Shown here: positions 14,450 through 26,066 of the stretch, in pieces | Layout of the letters: every line of letters begins with the position of its first letter | Numbering within the stretch: the first letter of the stretch is position 1 | Program-made: the position numbers and the translations under genes | The notes under the pieces: model-generated | The model's database searches: none | What the model was told of the DNA's origin: nothing | Seen by the model: the letters and a program-made list of their open reading frames with translations, nothing else | Origin: Octopus bimaculoides | Lineage: Eukaryota | Assembly (NCBI RefSeq): GCF_001194135.2 | Contig: NC_068989.1 | Span: 27,136,914-27,188,900 of the forward strand | Reading direction: 5' to 3' | Length of the DNA: 51,987 nucleotides

Positions 14450-16640
14450 TCAGTAAGCAAAATATTAAGCAATTATCTGAAGACCGCACAGTCCATTAAA
14501 CTTTTAACATATGCCCAGTACGGACACTAATTTAAAACATAAAATTTTATTTCTGGGAAAAATGACCTCCCATATCGTTGTAGTTATGAATTGTAATTTC
14601 ACACAACATCTGGAAGACCTCAGAATAAATCAGACAGACGATTTGGTGATATGAGATTCAGAAACCTAAACTCGAAGCTGTACTAGCTGATTCAACAACT
14701 CACTGAAAATCTAAATTATAAATCCACATCATATATAAACGGCAAATGTTCAATAAAGTATTTGGCAGAGATTATAAATCATTATGTTGCAAATGGCTCA
14801 ATCTCTGTAAGAGACAAACCCCACACAAGATCAAGCTGAGTGTCACCGGAGACTGTACAGAAACAATCAATTCAACAAACAAGCTGTATGGCTAAAAGAG
14901 CTGAAGCAGGACTACAGCAAGCATGTCCAGCACAAACAATATAAAATAGAGAGAAACAGCTCTACGGTAAATGTCAAACAGGAAATCCCCAGGCTCAAAA
15001 CTCATAGCAGGTCAATGAATTGCACATTTTATCGGTGATATCTCAAACGGTTGCATGGAGAAAATATCAAGGACACACAAGAACCACTACAAAGTTTATC
15101 AAGTGTAACTATTCTGATAACCGAAAATATCGAAACCCTTTCTTAAAATCACCACTCAATATCCTGTCAGAAAATCATTTACAGTTTACACAGTGGATGT
15201 CTCAATCAGTTCTTGCAGAATTACTGTACCCTCAACATTACAACACTTGAGCTAGCCGAGGAAAAGGAGGTGTGGAGCTGTATGGAGGAGCTACTGATTA
15301 ACAAATAATCCGGGAGAAAAACTTCAAAACGTTACGGAACTTAAATGTAATGTGGCTGCGCTAGTTATCCGCATGGGTGGATTATCAATGCTGTACAATT
15401 AGCATAAGTCCCACAACTACTAGTAACTGACATTGAACGCTTGACCAAGATTTGGAACACGGTTTTGCTCCTTAGGAGTGATAAGGAGCACATTGAGGCT
15501 GATAGCTTTCACTACGAAAAGGACATCTTTCAGAATGATAACCTGTCGGTGCTCTTCATTGTCTTCTCGTTAAACCCACTGTCATACATGCTCAAAAAAT
15601 CACAGTGCCCATAGAAATTGATCCAGAAGTATCTTCTGTTTTTTCTTTGTCGATGACCTGAAACTGGAGGGGAAGGGCCAATTATCAACCATATAGATGA
15701 AAACAATCTTAACGCATTACCCAATTTGCTATAGATATTCGAATGCAATTTGGTGAGCCCAAAAGTGCATTTTTGACAAGAGAATGTGGAAAACATTGTG
15801 CCCTCTTCTGAAAACCTACAAAGGAACAGCTTAACGATACAACTTTTACAGTCAGGTGACGATCATAGGTATCAGATATGACAGATTCATAAATCTGGAA
15901 AAGACTGAGAATGAAAAGCGCCGAGAGTGTGTAAAGAGAATATGTTCATCAGAACTTTCAGCGTGCAGTTAACGCCCATAATATTTCTGCAATGAATTCT
16001 TGAGACAAAAACGGGCTATAAAGGGGATAGTAAATGGAGCTGTGACAAGTTCATAAAACTCCAGCTTTAAGTATATCTCCATGCAAATCGGGTGCAAGAT
16101 ATCTCTATCAGGTAACTACTGCATAAAAGAGGAAGATCATTAAGTTAAGAATAAATATAGGCCGTACAAATAGATGCAGGTATGTGCTGCAGTATTTCTA
16201 ACTGTTAAAGAATGTATTCTTGTTAATATCTCCTCATGAAACATAATGTTAGCTAAAACAATAGCGAATGCATTGAGGAAAACATAAATAAAACCAAATA
16301 GAGAGGAATATGCTGAGACTGATGGCTCAAAGGAATACCAGTGGAACGTAAAATTAAAATCTGTCAATAAATGAAACACACTGGCCTGATTTTGTTGTTT
16401 CGCACCACACATTAAAAACATGCTCCGTCGTAGAAATCAGCTTCTCAGTTGATATTAATGGGGTAAGAAAAATGCGCGAGAAGGAAGATATCTACGAACC
16501 GTTGATGAGAATCTTGCAGGTCCATTACCCAAAATACTAGTTCAACGTCATACTCGTGAGTGTTCAAGATAAAAGTTATATACCAACCCGCTGGAGCCTA
16601 CTTGACATTATTTTAAACCTGATGATTGTGGAAAGCATGA
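14450..16640 (+). mobile_element. Degraded non-LTR retrotransposon with RT and restriction-like endonuclease (R4/Dong-like)
   Basis: Fragmented translation gives WLKELKQDY, GGVWSCMEELLINK, PHGWIINAVQLA, LNPLSYMLKK, FFVDDLKL (FVDD at 15646-15657), KRICSSELSA, AKTIANALRK, KEYQWNV and PDLLLF...VVEISFSVDIN...EKEDIYEPL (RLE PD-x-E motif). Many stops and frameshifts. Confidence 0.85.
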
Positions 16641-16852
16641 AAGTACTTGATTTGCTATTGTATGAAATATTTTAAATTTGTACCATTGTAAAATGTACAA
16701 AAGTAGTACGTAGAAATCAGAGTATGTTGGAATTTTACTGACTAATATATTTAACTGTACACAAACATATGAAGTCTAAGTTATACATATGCATGTGTGT
16801 ATGAGTTTGTCTATGTACGTATAACATACACTTGTATTCATATATAAATGCA

Positions 16853-16856
<4 letters not shown>

Positions 16857-16915
<59 letters not shown>
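16857..16915. repeat. (TA)n microsatellite
   Basis: Read directly from the sequence. Confidence 0.97.
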
Positions 16916-16918
<3 letters not shown>

Positions 16919-17021
16919 GTATGTATATATGTATATGTGTATGCATGTATGTATGTATAAATATGTGGCTGTTATTGTATGTGCGGAGCAGTTCTATAAC
17001 CTATCCATTTCATATATAATT

Positions 17022-17647
17022 AATTAAAGGATAAAAATCATTAAATGTTTTATTAGTGGCCAGCATATAAAATAGACATATTTAAATAAATTAATGTAGA
17101 GAGGTTTATAATAGTATAAAATACAATTATAATTAAGGGCACAGAGGCTTCTGTGGCTCTATGCTGAAGATAGACGCTAAATCCATCTAACGATTCAAAA
17201 TCATCACTTTATAATTTACACATGTTGGATGCGAGAAAGTAGACTGACAGAAATTCATAAAATAATTCAGAGAGTTTTAGATTGAGCAATTTCTAGATTA
17301 CTTTAATAACTATTCCTTCATGAGCAAAACATACTGTGCGAAATAAATGATATATTTACACATTTACACAGAAAAGCACACGCAAAACTGCGATTACGCA
17401 TAAATATCACAAATATATACGCATCGAATTTCGCAGTCAACCTTAGCACGTGTGTATTTGGTCAGAACAGTACAGAAGTGACTGAACAGTCACGAAGAGA
17501 GTAGAATATATTCAAATAAAATTAAAGCATAAAATCATTAAAACTTTTATCAGTGGCCAACATGTAAAATAAACCTATTTAGATAAATTCATATATAGAG
17601 ATTTATAATAGTATAAAATACAGTTATACCCAAGGGTACAGAAGCTT
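17022..17647 (+). repeat. Direct repeat pair of ~130 bp (17022-17150 and 17520-17647) with a hammerhead-like relic after copy 1
   Basis: Both copies share ttttat(t/c)agtggcca.cat.taaaata and tttataatagtataaaataca.ttata...aaggg.acaga.gctt. CTGAAGA-TAGA-11nt-TCTA-ACG occurs at 17164-17192. Confidence 0.75.
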
Positions 17648-17648
17648 G

Positions 17649-17675
17649 TATATATATATATATATATATATATAG

Positions 17676-17742
<67 letters not shown>

Positions 17743-17760
17743 CACACAGATAGATAGATA
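17649..17760. repeat. (TA)n plus (GATA)n compound microsatellite
   Basis: Read directly from the sequence. Confidence 0.97.
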
Positions 17761-18239
17761 GCAAAAAATTAGATTCAGATGAATATGGTACTATAGTTGA
17801 GGCACCGGAATTTTGTACGGTTTTATCCATACAATTTCAAAATAAGGTGAATAAAATCAAAATAAGCAACAAGGATATCCAGAGGTAATGCAGTCCGATA
17901 GTTTGAAGCGACTCCATTTAATTGAACAATGCAATCATTACATCAATTTAAATTCAGAGCAATCCTCAGCTGCATAAATACAAACAATTTAATTAAATTA
18001 AAACTGATGGATACATTAGTATAATGTTAACTAAAATCTCCTAGAAAGTAAGGGGATAGACAAAGAACATGCTGCCTTCACTTCAGCTTAGAAGCTACTA
18101 AGGTATCTGGAAGAAAGACATGTTACAGATTTTGCTTGTCACTATTTTATGGGCTCAGTTTTAATTTATAGACTAGTTTTATCAAATATTTGTATATCTA
18201 AGGCCAAGAGAACAAGGAGTAGCGTCTAACAGACGCTGC

Positions 18240-18570
18240 TTCAGTCGTGAGACGTGTCAACAAAAGAAGGACACTATTCACTTTCTACGCATGATTAGAC
18301 TCGGAATGTTTGTAAGGAAGCCGTCGATCCAATTTACTGACTTTTCCGATGACACGCAACTGTCGATGAATATTTGAATGACCACAACGAAGCTTCTCTG
18401 CTAGTTCCTCAACAGTTGCGATGGGATTTTGTTCCACCAGGGTTTGCAGGAGGCCCTCGTCCAGCTCTACAAATATTCCAGGACGTGGCTTGTCTACTAG
18501 ACTGTAGCTTCCGGCTCGGAATTTCTGGAACAGCCGTTGAACCATTTCTAGAATACCGTAAACACAGGAT
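18240..18570 (-). mobile_element. mariner transposase relic (N-terminal DNA-binding region)
   Basis: ORF 18285-18545 reads VQRLFQKFRAGSYSLVDKPRPG...LLQTLVEQNP..TVEELAEKL...IHRQLRVIGKVSKLDRRLPY. This matches mariner WFxxFRxGxxSLxDxPRSGRP...GKVxKLxxWVPH. Confidence 0.85.
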
Positions 18571-18574
18571 TACG

Positions 18575-20045
18575 TAGAGGTACTGCAGGTCCATGAAATA
18601 GAATTAAAAGAGAAGAATTATAAAAAAATATAATGGTTTGCTGAAGAAGGAGGTTGACCTAAAGAAATGCTAGAAAAAACGGAAAAAGAACAATTATTTA
18701 TAGATTGTTGAATGTGACAACAAAAAAGTGGAAGTAGCAGCAGAGGAAAAGATCGAAGAATGTCTACGAGAGATAAAGTAGAGTACGACATGTTACACGA
18801 GGGGAAAAGAATACGGCATAGTGGAGGTACGCTTCATAAGCAAAGAAGCGAGGAAACACTCCACTGTGCCTTTGAGATCAGCGAAGTGGGTACTTCTACC
18901 TTCTTACTGTGGCAAACGCTCGGCCAGAGTGAGAACAGGTAGAGTGCCCCTAGAAATCGATGAGGCGTGCCTGGTGGCAGCCATCCTTTTTAACACAGAG
19001 GAAGATGGTAAGGTGTGGAAAATATCGAGAACAACAGAGGTAAACTTATGGGGGTATGGACTGGAGGTGTCGGACCTTCACAAAATTGCAGAAGAGCTGG
19101 TGCTACCAGATGAGACGAGATTAAGAATCGTCGTAGAAGGGAGACCTCTAGTATGTTACTCATGTGGAATAAGGGGACACATGAATGCAAAGTGGCCCCA
19201 GAAACACGAACAAGAGGAGGCGGATAAGAAGCGTCAGGAAGAAGAGAGAGCAACTGCGGAGAAGGAGGAAATGGTGGAAAAATATACAGTGGTAGAATGA
19301 AAGAGGAGTAACGTGGAATCTCCGTCTAAAAAAAAATAGAAAGGCAGAGGAGAACAAGAATGAGAAAAGAGATAATGAGAAGTCAACTGAAGAACGAACT
19401 AAAAGACCGTTGCTTTCAAATACTAAGGAGGAGGAAGGACGGAAGAAGAAGAGACATACAAGTGAAGGACAAGCAGAGACAGGAATACCAGCTACAGAGG
19501 TAGAGAGTGGTGAGGTACAGCAGAGAGAGCCACCGAAGGGGAAACATGAAAGAATGATGGTTCGTTACAAAATGAGTGTAGAGATAGAAAAGAAAATTTC
19601 AAAAATAAAACATGTAATAAGGGTTGAACTGGCTGACAAAATGGAAAATCGAAATGAGAAAGCGGTGTTGTTGGAATATGATAGAGCAGCAAGGTTGCAG
19701 GAAATATTTGGCGACAGGATGGAGACGACACGAATTCGATTTCGTTACGATGATTTGCCATCAGTGATAAGATTTGAAGATTTGATGGAATTTTTGGTGT
19801 GACATTGTGTGGATCTTTAAACAAAAGGAAAACTAACAAGATACAAGACTTATAAGTACAATCTTCATTTAAAATACAGTAAAATGGAACTACCTACATT
19901 GGTGGGTAGGAAAGCCATTGCATTCTCATTTCATTTATATTCGCAATTCATTCGTTATACGTTTTTATGTATCCCATGTATTGTTTTGTTTGTCCTTATG
20001 GTGTTTCCTCTCTATAAGGGCCATGTGCCTAAATAAAAGAAAAAG
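18575..20045 (+). mobile_element. L1/Tx1-like ORF1 (gag-like) element lacking ORF2, decayed
   Basis: ORF 18821-19300 contains RIVVEGRPLVCYSCGIRGHMNAKW, a CX2CX4HX4C zinc knuckle with the last C changed to W. A charged low-complexity tail follows, continuing in 19410-19802. Then come a short T-rich 3' UTR, AATAAA at 20032-20037 and an A-rich remnant. Confidence 0.65.
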
Positions 20046-20542
20046 AGAGCGTTTTGGTAGTCTCGTGAACTACGTCATGTGAATACACGGATTTCACCCC
20101 TGCTCTGTGGCAGGATATAAAAAATTATAATGATATCAGTTACATAGCATGCATAAGAAACCCATCACGGTAAAAAATTATCAATTCATAATTAAGCGTA
20201 CTAACAAGCAGTACCGTCATGCTAAGTAGTCAAAATGACCAAACCACCACAAGCACAAAGTTGAAAGTGGGCAAATGAATAATAATTATAAAAGCCCATA
20301 CCAATGACAAAAGTAATCGAAAATTGAAAAAGCCACACATACCCGTATCACCATGATTTCGAACTTGGAGAAAAATGTTTAGTTCTTCTTCAGCGTGTGT
20401 TACTGACCCCCAAGGTTATGGAGATTATTAATCTCACCAATGTGTATGATGACTATTTTTGATGCTGCGGCAAATTTTAAAAAGTCATCGAAATGAATAA
20501 AAAATATTTAAATATATTTGATGATATTATTATTTATAATAT

Positions 20543-21122
20543 CAGTGGCTTAGCATGCGGAAAACCCATTTGCCTACTCTCAGATTTATGTTTAAGCGAT
20601 ATATATATATAATAGTGGTACAACAATTCACAAGTATTTACTGGGAGTAGCGCTCGATATACTGGCAAAAATCTTTGCGGGCGACGAACATATAACATTT
20701 TTATTTTACATGTAGGAAGAACATTAAATAAATATACAACCCAGATGTGGATAATCTAGATGCTAGGTTTCGATCTTTCTACATTACATTTGTTAACGTA
20801 AATCTTATAAGTTCTCATTGGCTAGATACACCTTGATGAAATTTCAAATGTCGCTACATCACTGCCAGTATTTACTGGTTTCAGATTTAAAATACATATA
20901 AATAAAAAAAAACACGAAAGGATTTAACATGACATCTAAAAAGAAAATTGTTGCCAACTCCGTCCCACGCATATTTTAGACTCTATGAGTTGATCTAAGA
21001 GCTATAAAGTGGGGGCAGCAAATAATAACATATTAGTGCAAACTAATTTGCATTGCTTAAACTACCATCCTCTGTCCAAATTCTAAGGAGGCAAATAGGT
21101 TTTTACACATGCTAAGCCACTG
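20543..21122. mobile_element. MITE of ~580 bp with imperfect TIRs of ~38 bp
   Basis: Left end CAGTGGCTTAGCATGcggaaaacccatttgcct; right end aggcaaataggtttttacaCATGCTAAGCCACTG. ATAT flanks both ends. Confidence 0.8.
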
Positions 21123-21149
21123 ATATATGTATTCATATATATTCCATTG

Positions 21150-21720
21150 CTCTTGTAATGCTCCATACACTTCGTGAAGGCCCCATGGAAGACCTCCGAA
21201 TTAAAGGTCTCTCGTCTTCAAAACGAATGCTTCCGAGGTTCTCCTTCAGTTTGGAGAGCAGCTAGGTTACAAGAAGGAAGATCCTGGTTGGGTTGCAGGC
21301 TTATAGTGGAACACTTTTAATGCCTATCTCCATCAAATATCTGGTTACGAAAATGCTAAGCAACTTGGTAACAAGCTTTGCGCAAATTTTGCGCTAGTTC
21401 AGTTCTTAATAAATAATTCTGTGTACATTTGCCGCACCAACTTCAAACTGTACGCTTAGTGTCTTTATAGACACATGCCGGCCTTCATCCAGAAAAATTA
21501 CGAAGTTTCTCGACCAACTTTTATGTTCTGACGTCCCTCTCTCTCCTGCACCACTTATCGTCTACATTCTACAAACTTGTCAGCTGTGACAAGCAGTCTT
21601 TAGTCCGGTGTGGTCAAAGTGCTATTACATCTGTCGTCTTCTCCAATCCGGAAATTAAGAAAACACTGCTAGGTCAGTTTATTAGACGTGTAGCAATGAT
21701 GTGTTAAAATTACAATAATC
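21150..21720 (-). mobile_element. Internally deleted mariner transposase relic
   Basis: Minus translation gives HVSIKTLSVQFEVGAANVHRII.ELN.RKICAKLVTKLL followed soon after by LLSKLKENLGSIRFED and FHGAF. The DNA-binding region is joined to the C-terminus with the catalytic core missing. Confidence 0.7.
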
Positions 21721-21785
21721 TATTGCAGTTATAACAACCGCTCGTATAAAGGATTGAGAAATTCTGGAATGATATCGTACATTCT

Positions 21786-22245
21786 TAGTTTAAGCAATGC
21801 AAATTAGTTTGCACTGAAATGTTTTTACACGTGTAGCTCACAAAATTCCTAGTCCAAAAATGCAAAAATAAGGTCTGTCCAAATTCTAAGCTGATCGTTT
21901 CATTTTATCTTCCCGCTTGGAATGTACAACAACAAAGTCAAGTATAGCGCTTTCGATTAGTTCGATTAGACACATAGCCAAACTGAGTGGCAGTCTTCCT
22001 AATTTAGGAATCAATAATTGTCGACAGTTCAACATAGAGCGTACCGGTAATAAAAAATTTGATTTCATCTTAAAATATTTAAACTATAAACAAAAGATGA
22101 TAATGAAAATCATTTACGCTATTTTGATATGATATTATTTGCTTTCCTCTGCTTTATAGCTCTTAGAGTGTAAAATACGTGTGGGATGGAGTTGGCAACA
22201 ATTTTCTTTTTAGATGTTAAATCATTTAGCGTATGTATTTTTAAT
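21786..22245 (-). repeat. Inverted and direct fragments of the 20543-21122 MITE interior
   Basis: 21788-21814 is the reverse complement of 21035-21061. About 22135-22245 is the reverse complement of about 20890-21030. tctgtccaaattctaag is repeated directly at 21071 and 21874. Confidence 0.75.
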
Positions 22246-22462
22246 CTCTTATTACATTTTGTGATTTATTTGTTTTGTTTATTAATTAATTTTCTTTTAA
22301 CGTTTATGAAAAAATGTGACAAAAATCATTGTTCCTTATTCGTTCATATCTGAAATAAAAGAAATAAAAATATCACAACACAATAGACATCAAAAATTAT
22401 AAAAATATACAACAAGCACTGCAATAAAAACATGTACTAAATAAAAACGACTACAGCATTGA

Positions 22463-22560
22463 CTATGAAGAAGAAGAAGAAGAAAAAGAAGAAGAAGAAG
22501 AAGAAGAAGAAGAAGAAGAAGAAGAAGAAGAAGGAGGAGGAGGAGGAGGAGGAGGAGGAG
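22463..22560. repeat. (AAG)n(GAG)n microsatellite
   Basis: Read directly from the sequence. Confidence 0.97.
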
Positions 22561-24027
22561 TTCTTTTCACTTGAAATAAATGAAATTGAAAAAGTTAAAT
22601 TTTATATGTGCGTAAGTTATAGTGTTTGTGTATATGTGTGCATCTCTGTACTCATGTTATTATATATGTTTCAGTGTGAATATGTATATGGACATTTGAT
22701 TTCGAGCATCTGAGTCTCTAAACGTCTGACCTGAATTTCAAATTAATCAGGATATTTTGTCGGTTTGTTTCATGTTGAATAATTAATTAGAAAAAAAAAA
22801 TCACAATTACAGACATTATAAAACTGTAGCTGAAAAATAATAAACGAAGCTAATTGTGCAATTGTATTCAATCTTCAATTTATGCTGGTAAATGTAGAAG
22901 AGATGCTGCATGCACAATTTCAGCCAATTGCAAGAAAGTAAGTTCTAAAAGATGATAATTATAAGAAGAGTTACAATGCATCACGACCCTTCAGGAACCG
23001 TTATTGCGTGATTTTAATCATATTCGGTCAATGGCATTCATGTCAAAACAAAAATGGAACTATTCTCTCAATCCATCCTCCTTGCAGAAATAATAGCCAA
23101 GTCGCCCCCAAATAATATTCGAGCATTTTAAATATTATATAATATTATTTTATATTATTCTATTTTATTGTCATTTACTCTTGAACCGAGACGTAAAAGT
23201 AATTCTGTTTTGCTTTATCGAAATTGCTTCATTACATCATATATATATGTTTGTTTGTATGTGTGTGTACGTCTGTGTGCATGTGTGTGTGTGTGTGTGT
23301 GTGTCTATGCATGAGCCTATTTATAAATATTTATGAGTTGTATGTGTATATATGAGTTGTATCTGTATATATGAATGTGTGTGTGTGTGTGCGCGTCGGA
23401 TGATGTGGTATCTCTCCCTCCTTTTATCAAGCTATATATATGCATATAATGTTTTTTTTTTCATTAGAACTTAGCAACTAACAAATATATAAAGTAGATT
23501 TTTTAACAGCGAAACTTGAAGTAGACAAAGCTATAAACAATAGCACGTAGTGTATAGAAAATCGAAAATCTATGTTGGAAAACATTAAGCCAACGTCTTT
23601 TACTACTACAGCTGAAGTGTTCTTGTTTTTTCCATCCAGGGTAAGTTTTAACCGAATATTCCACATGCTAATATTTATAGCTTTATGTATTTTGTACAAG
23701 CGTTATAAAATAATTTATTTTTTACACACAAACACACATACACGCACACACACACAAACACACACACACATACACATACATACACTCATTCACTTTTCTC
23801 TATTTGAAAAAAATCTACTTTTAAGGTTTTGTAAAAGGTGAGTGCAATTATAATCTCAATAATAATCACCACAATAATTCTGATGATCTCTTACATACGC
23901 TCAATATCTCATATATGGGGCAAAGAAAAAGACTCGATCATAGCAGTCTCGGTATTTTAGTGTTGTTTTAGTTTGACGATGTTGGAAAGACGAATGCAAA
24001 ATTAACCGCGGTAGGATTTATCCTTCA

Positions 24028-24210
24028 TCTTTTACGTTTTATTAGTTTCAGTCATTTAACTGTGGCTATGTTTAGGCACCGCCTTGACGACTTTTAGTCG
24101 AAAGCATGGACCCCGGTAATTTTTCTTAAGCGTGGCCTCACTCTATCTTTTGCCGAACTGGTAACTGACGGGTCCGTAAACGCACCGTCACTGGCTTTTA
24201 AGATACACAC
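24028..24210 (-). mobile_element. SINE family A, degraded 3' half
   Basis: Reads tagtttcagtcatttaactgtggctatgtttaggcaccgcc...ttttagtcgaa...gacccc...ttttgccgaact. Confidence 0.7.
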
Positions 24211-24365
24211 AACCCTCTCCGTATATATATATATATATTGTTGTTGTTGTTGAAGATGTACCTAAATTTGAAAAACTTGTAATTGTTTAAAATAAATTTA
24301 TATATGTATATACCAAACTATTTTCAACAATATTTTTTGTTTATCTATGTTAAAAATATAAAATC

Positions 24366-24500
24366 ATGAATTAGAAAATCATTTTAAAAAGTTTCAATGT
24401 TGACAAATTAAAATATTTATAACAGACGAATTTAGAATTATGAATTAGAAAATCATGTTCAGAATGTTCGATGTCGACAAGTTGAAATGTTCGTAACAGC
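24366..24500. repeat. Diverged tandem duplication with ~74-bp period
   Basis: atgaattagaaaatcat...gacaa.tt.aaat.tt..taacag occurs at 24366 and 24440. Confidence 0.7.
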
Positions 24501-24634
24501 CAATAATATTAATATTGTGCATCAATTTCTTTGAATGTACAAAGCTCATTAGTGTTAGTAGTGATCGACGAGAAATGAATGATATCAATGTTTCAGTCAA
24601 ACTGAGTTAGGAGGGAAAATACTAAAGGAGAAAT

Positions 24635-25900
24635 GAAGAAGAAGAAGAAGAAGAAGAAGAAGAAGAAGAAGAAGAAGAAGAAGAAGAAGAAGAAGAAGAA
24701 GAAGAAGAAGAAGAAGAAGAAGAAGAAGAAGAAGAAGAATGTGGGAGTCCTGTGATAGTAGTATGCTAAATGGTCAAGTGCGCTGAAAGTGACCCGTTGT
24801 GGATGGTAGTAGTGATTGAATTCTTGAAACATCGCTTTTGAATGTTTTGTTTATAAAATTTACTTACGGCTTCTGTGTTGTTGCTGAGCGTATTCGGACT
24901 TTGGTTAGGAGACTTTTCATAGATTTGGGTTGTCTTTTGCTTTTTATGACTTTGTGTGTTTGGAGGATTAAGTTCATTCTGTGGTCCATTTTTAGCAGGG
25001 GAATGTTTTGTAAAAAATTGTGGAAGACCCAACTGTGTGATATGCGTCAATTTAATTCAGAGATGAGAGTTTTCCTTCAAACAGGGACAACGTTTCACAG
25101 TGAAAAGCAACTTTACATGTGCTTCGGAGAACCTGATATACGCACTAACCTGTTCTGGGTGTGAACAGTAATACATAGGCCAAACAAAAAACAGTCTACG
25201 TAAAAATGGCTCTGCACAGATCTCAGATTAAAAATTCCCCAAAACAAAAAAATAGCATTCAGCCAACACATAGGCATTTGCGGCAATAACAAAAATCCAA
25301 GCTTCAGAATTGTTCCCCTCTACCAATTCAGGGACGATACAACCTAGAGCCAACGAATTAGTAAAGAGACTCTCTTCATTACAAAATGCAGACCCATTAT
25401 TAACAACAAACGACACATCGACCACGGACTTAGAATAACACAAACACAAACGCAAATGTTTAAAATGATACACTCAAGAGATTCCTAAGGATTCATTAAA
25501 AATAGTCCCAATCACTGCTATAATCCATAACGAGCCTCTTTTAGGTGACTTGACCTTTTAACACCTTAGTACTATCATACTACCTGCATTCCTTCATATT
25601 CTCCCCTCTCTTTCTTCTTCTTCATCTTCTTCCTCTCCACCATCTCCTTCCTAACTTTACCACTATTGCTGTCTAGAATAACACTGCCGCAAATTTTATA
25701 AACAAAATATTCAAAAGATATATTTCAGGAATTCAATCATTATTACCATCCACAATGGGTCACTTTCAGGGCACTTGACCATTTAGCATACTACTATCAT
25801 GGCACTCCCTTCTTCTTCTTCTTCTTCTTCTTCTTCTTCTTCTTCTTCTTCTTCTTCTTCTTCTTCTTCTTCTTCTTCTTCTTCTTCTTCTTCTTCTTCT
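24635..25900 (+). mobile_element. 5'-truncated Penelope-like element (GIY-YIG region) bounded by inverted terminal repeats carrying (GAA)n/(TTC)n
   Basis: One frame from 25001 reads ECFVKNCGRPNCVICVNL...FTCASENLIYALTCSGCEQ*YIGQTKNSLR (LIY at 25133, YIG at 25172). It later reads FSQHIGICG...RISKETLFITKCRP. 24739-24861 is the reverse complement of 25691-25808. (GAA)n at 24635-24738 mirrors (TTC)n at 25809-25900. Confidence 0.88.
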
Positions 25901-25905
25901 CCTTC

Positions 25906-26056
25906 TATATACGACGGGCTTCTTTCAGTTTCCGTCGACCAAATCCACTCACAAGGCTTTGGTCGGCCCAAGGCTATAGTAGTCACGCAGTGGGAATGAA
26001 CCCGGAATCATGTGGTTGGTAGGCAAGCTACTTACGACACAGCCACTCCTGTGCCT
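25906..26056 (-). mobile_element. SINE family A, 5' (tRNA-like) half
   Basis: Reverse complement begins gtggctgtgtcgtaagtagcttgcctaccaaccacatgattccgggttcattccc (A/B-box-like) and ends at actgaaagagcccgtcgtata. Confidence 0.85.
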
Positions 26057-26066
26057 ATATGCAAAT

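Noticed and set aside
16619-16655. CTGATGA...GAAAGTAC hammerhead-like string at the LINE 3' end
   Set aside because: Stems I and II barely pair, so it is probably chance.
22459-22713. Poly-K/E ORF, and similar poly-S/E/F/R/I/L ORFs at 24.6, 25.8, 44.4-44.8 and 50.0-50.6 kb
   Set aside because: These are triplet microsatellite translations.
25990-26056. tRNA-like A/B boxes in SINE heads
   Set aside because: They are part of SINEs and no complete cloverleaf is present, so they are not called as tRNA genes.
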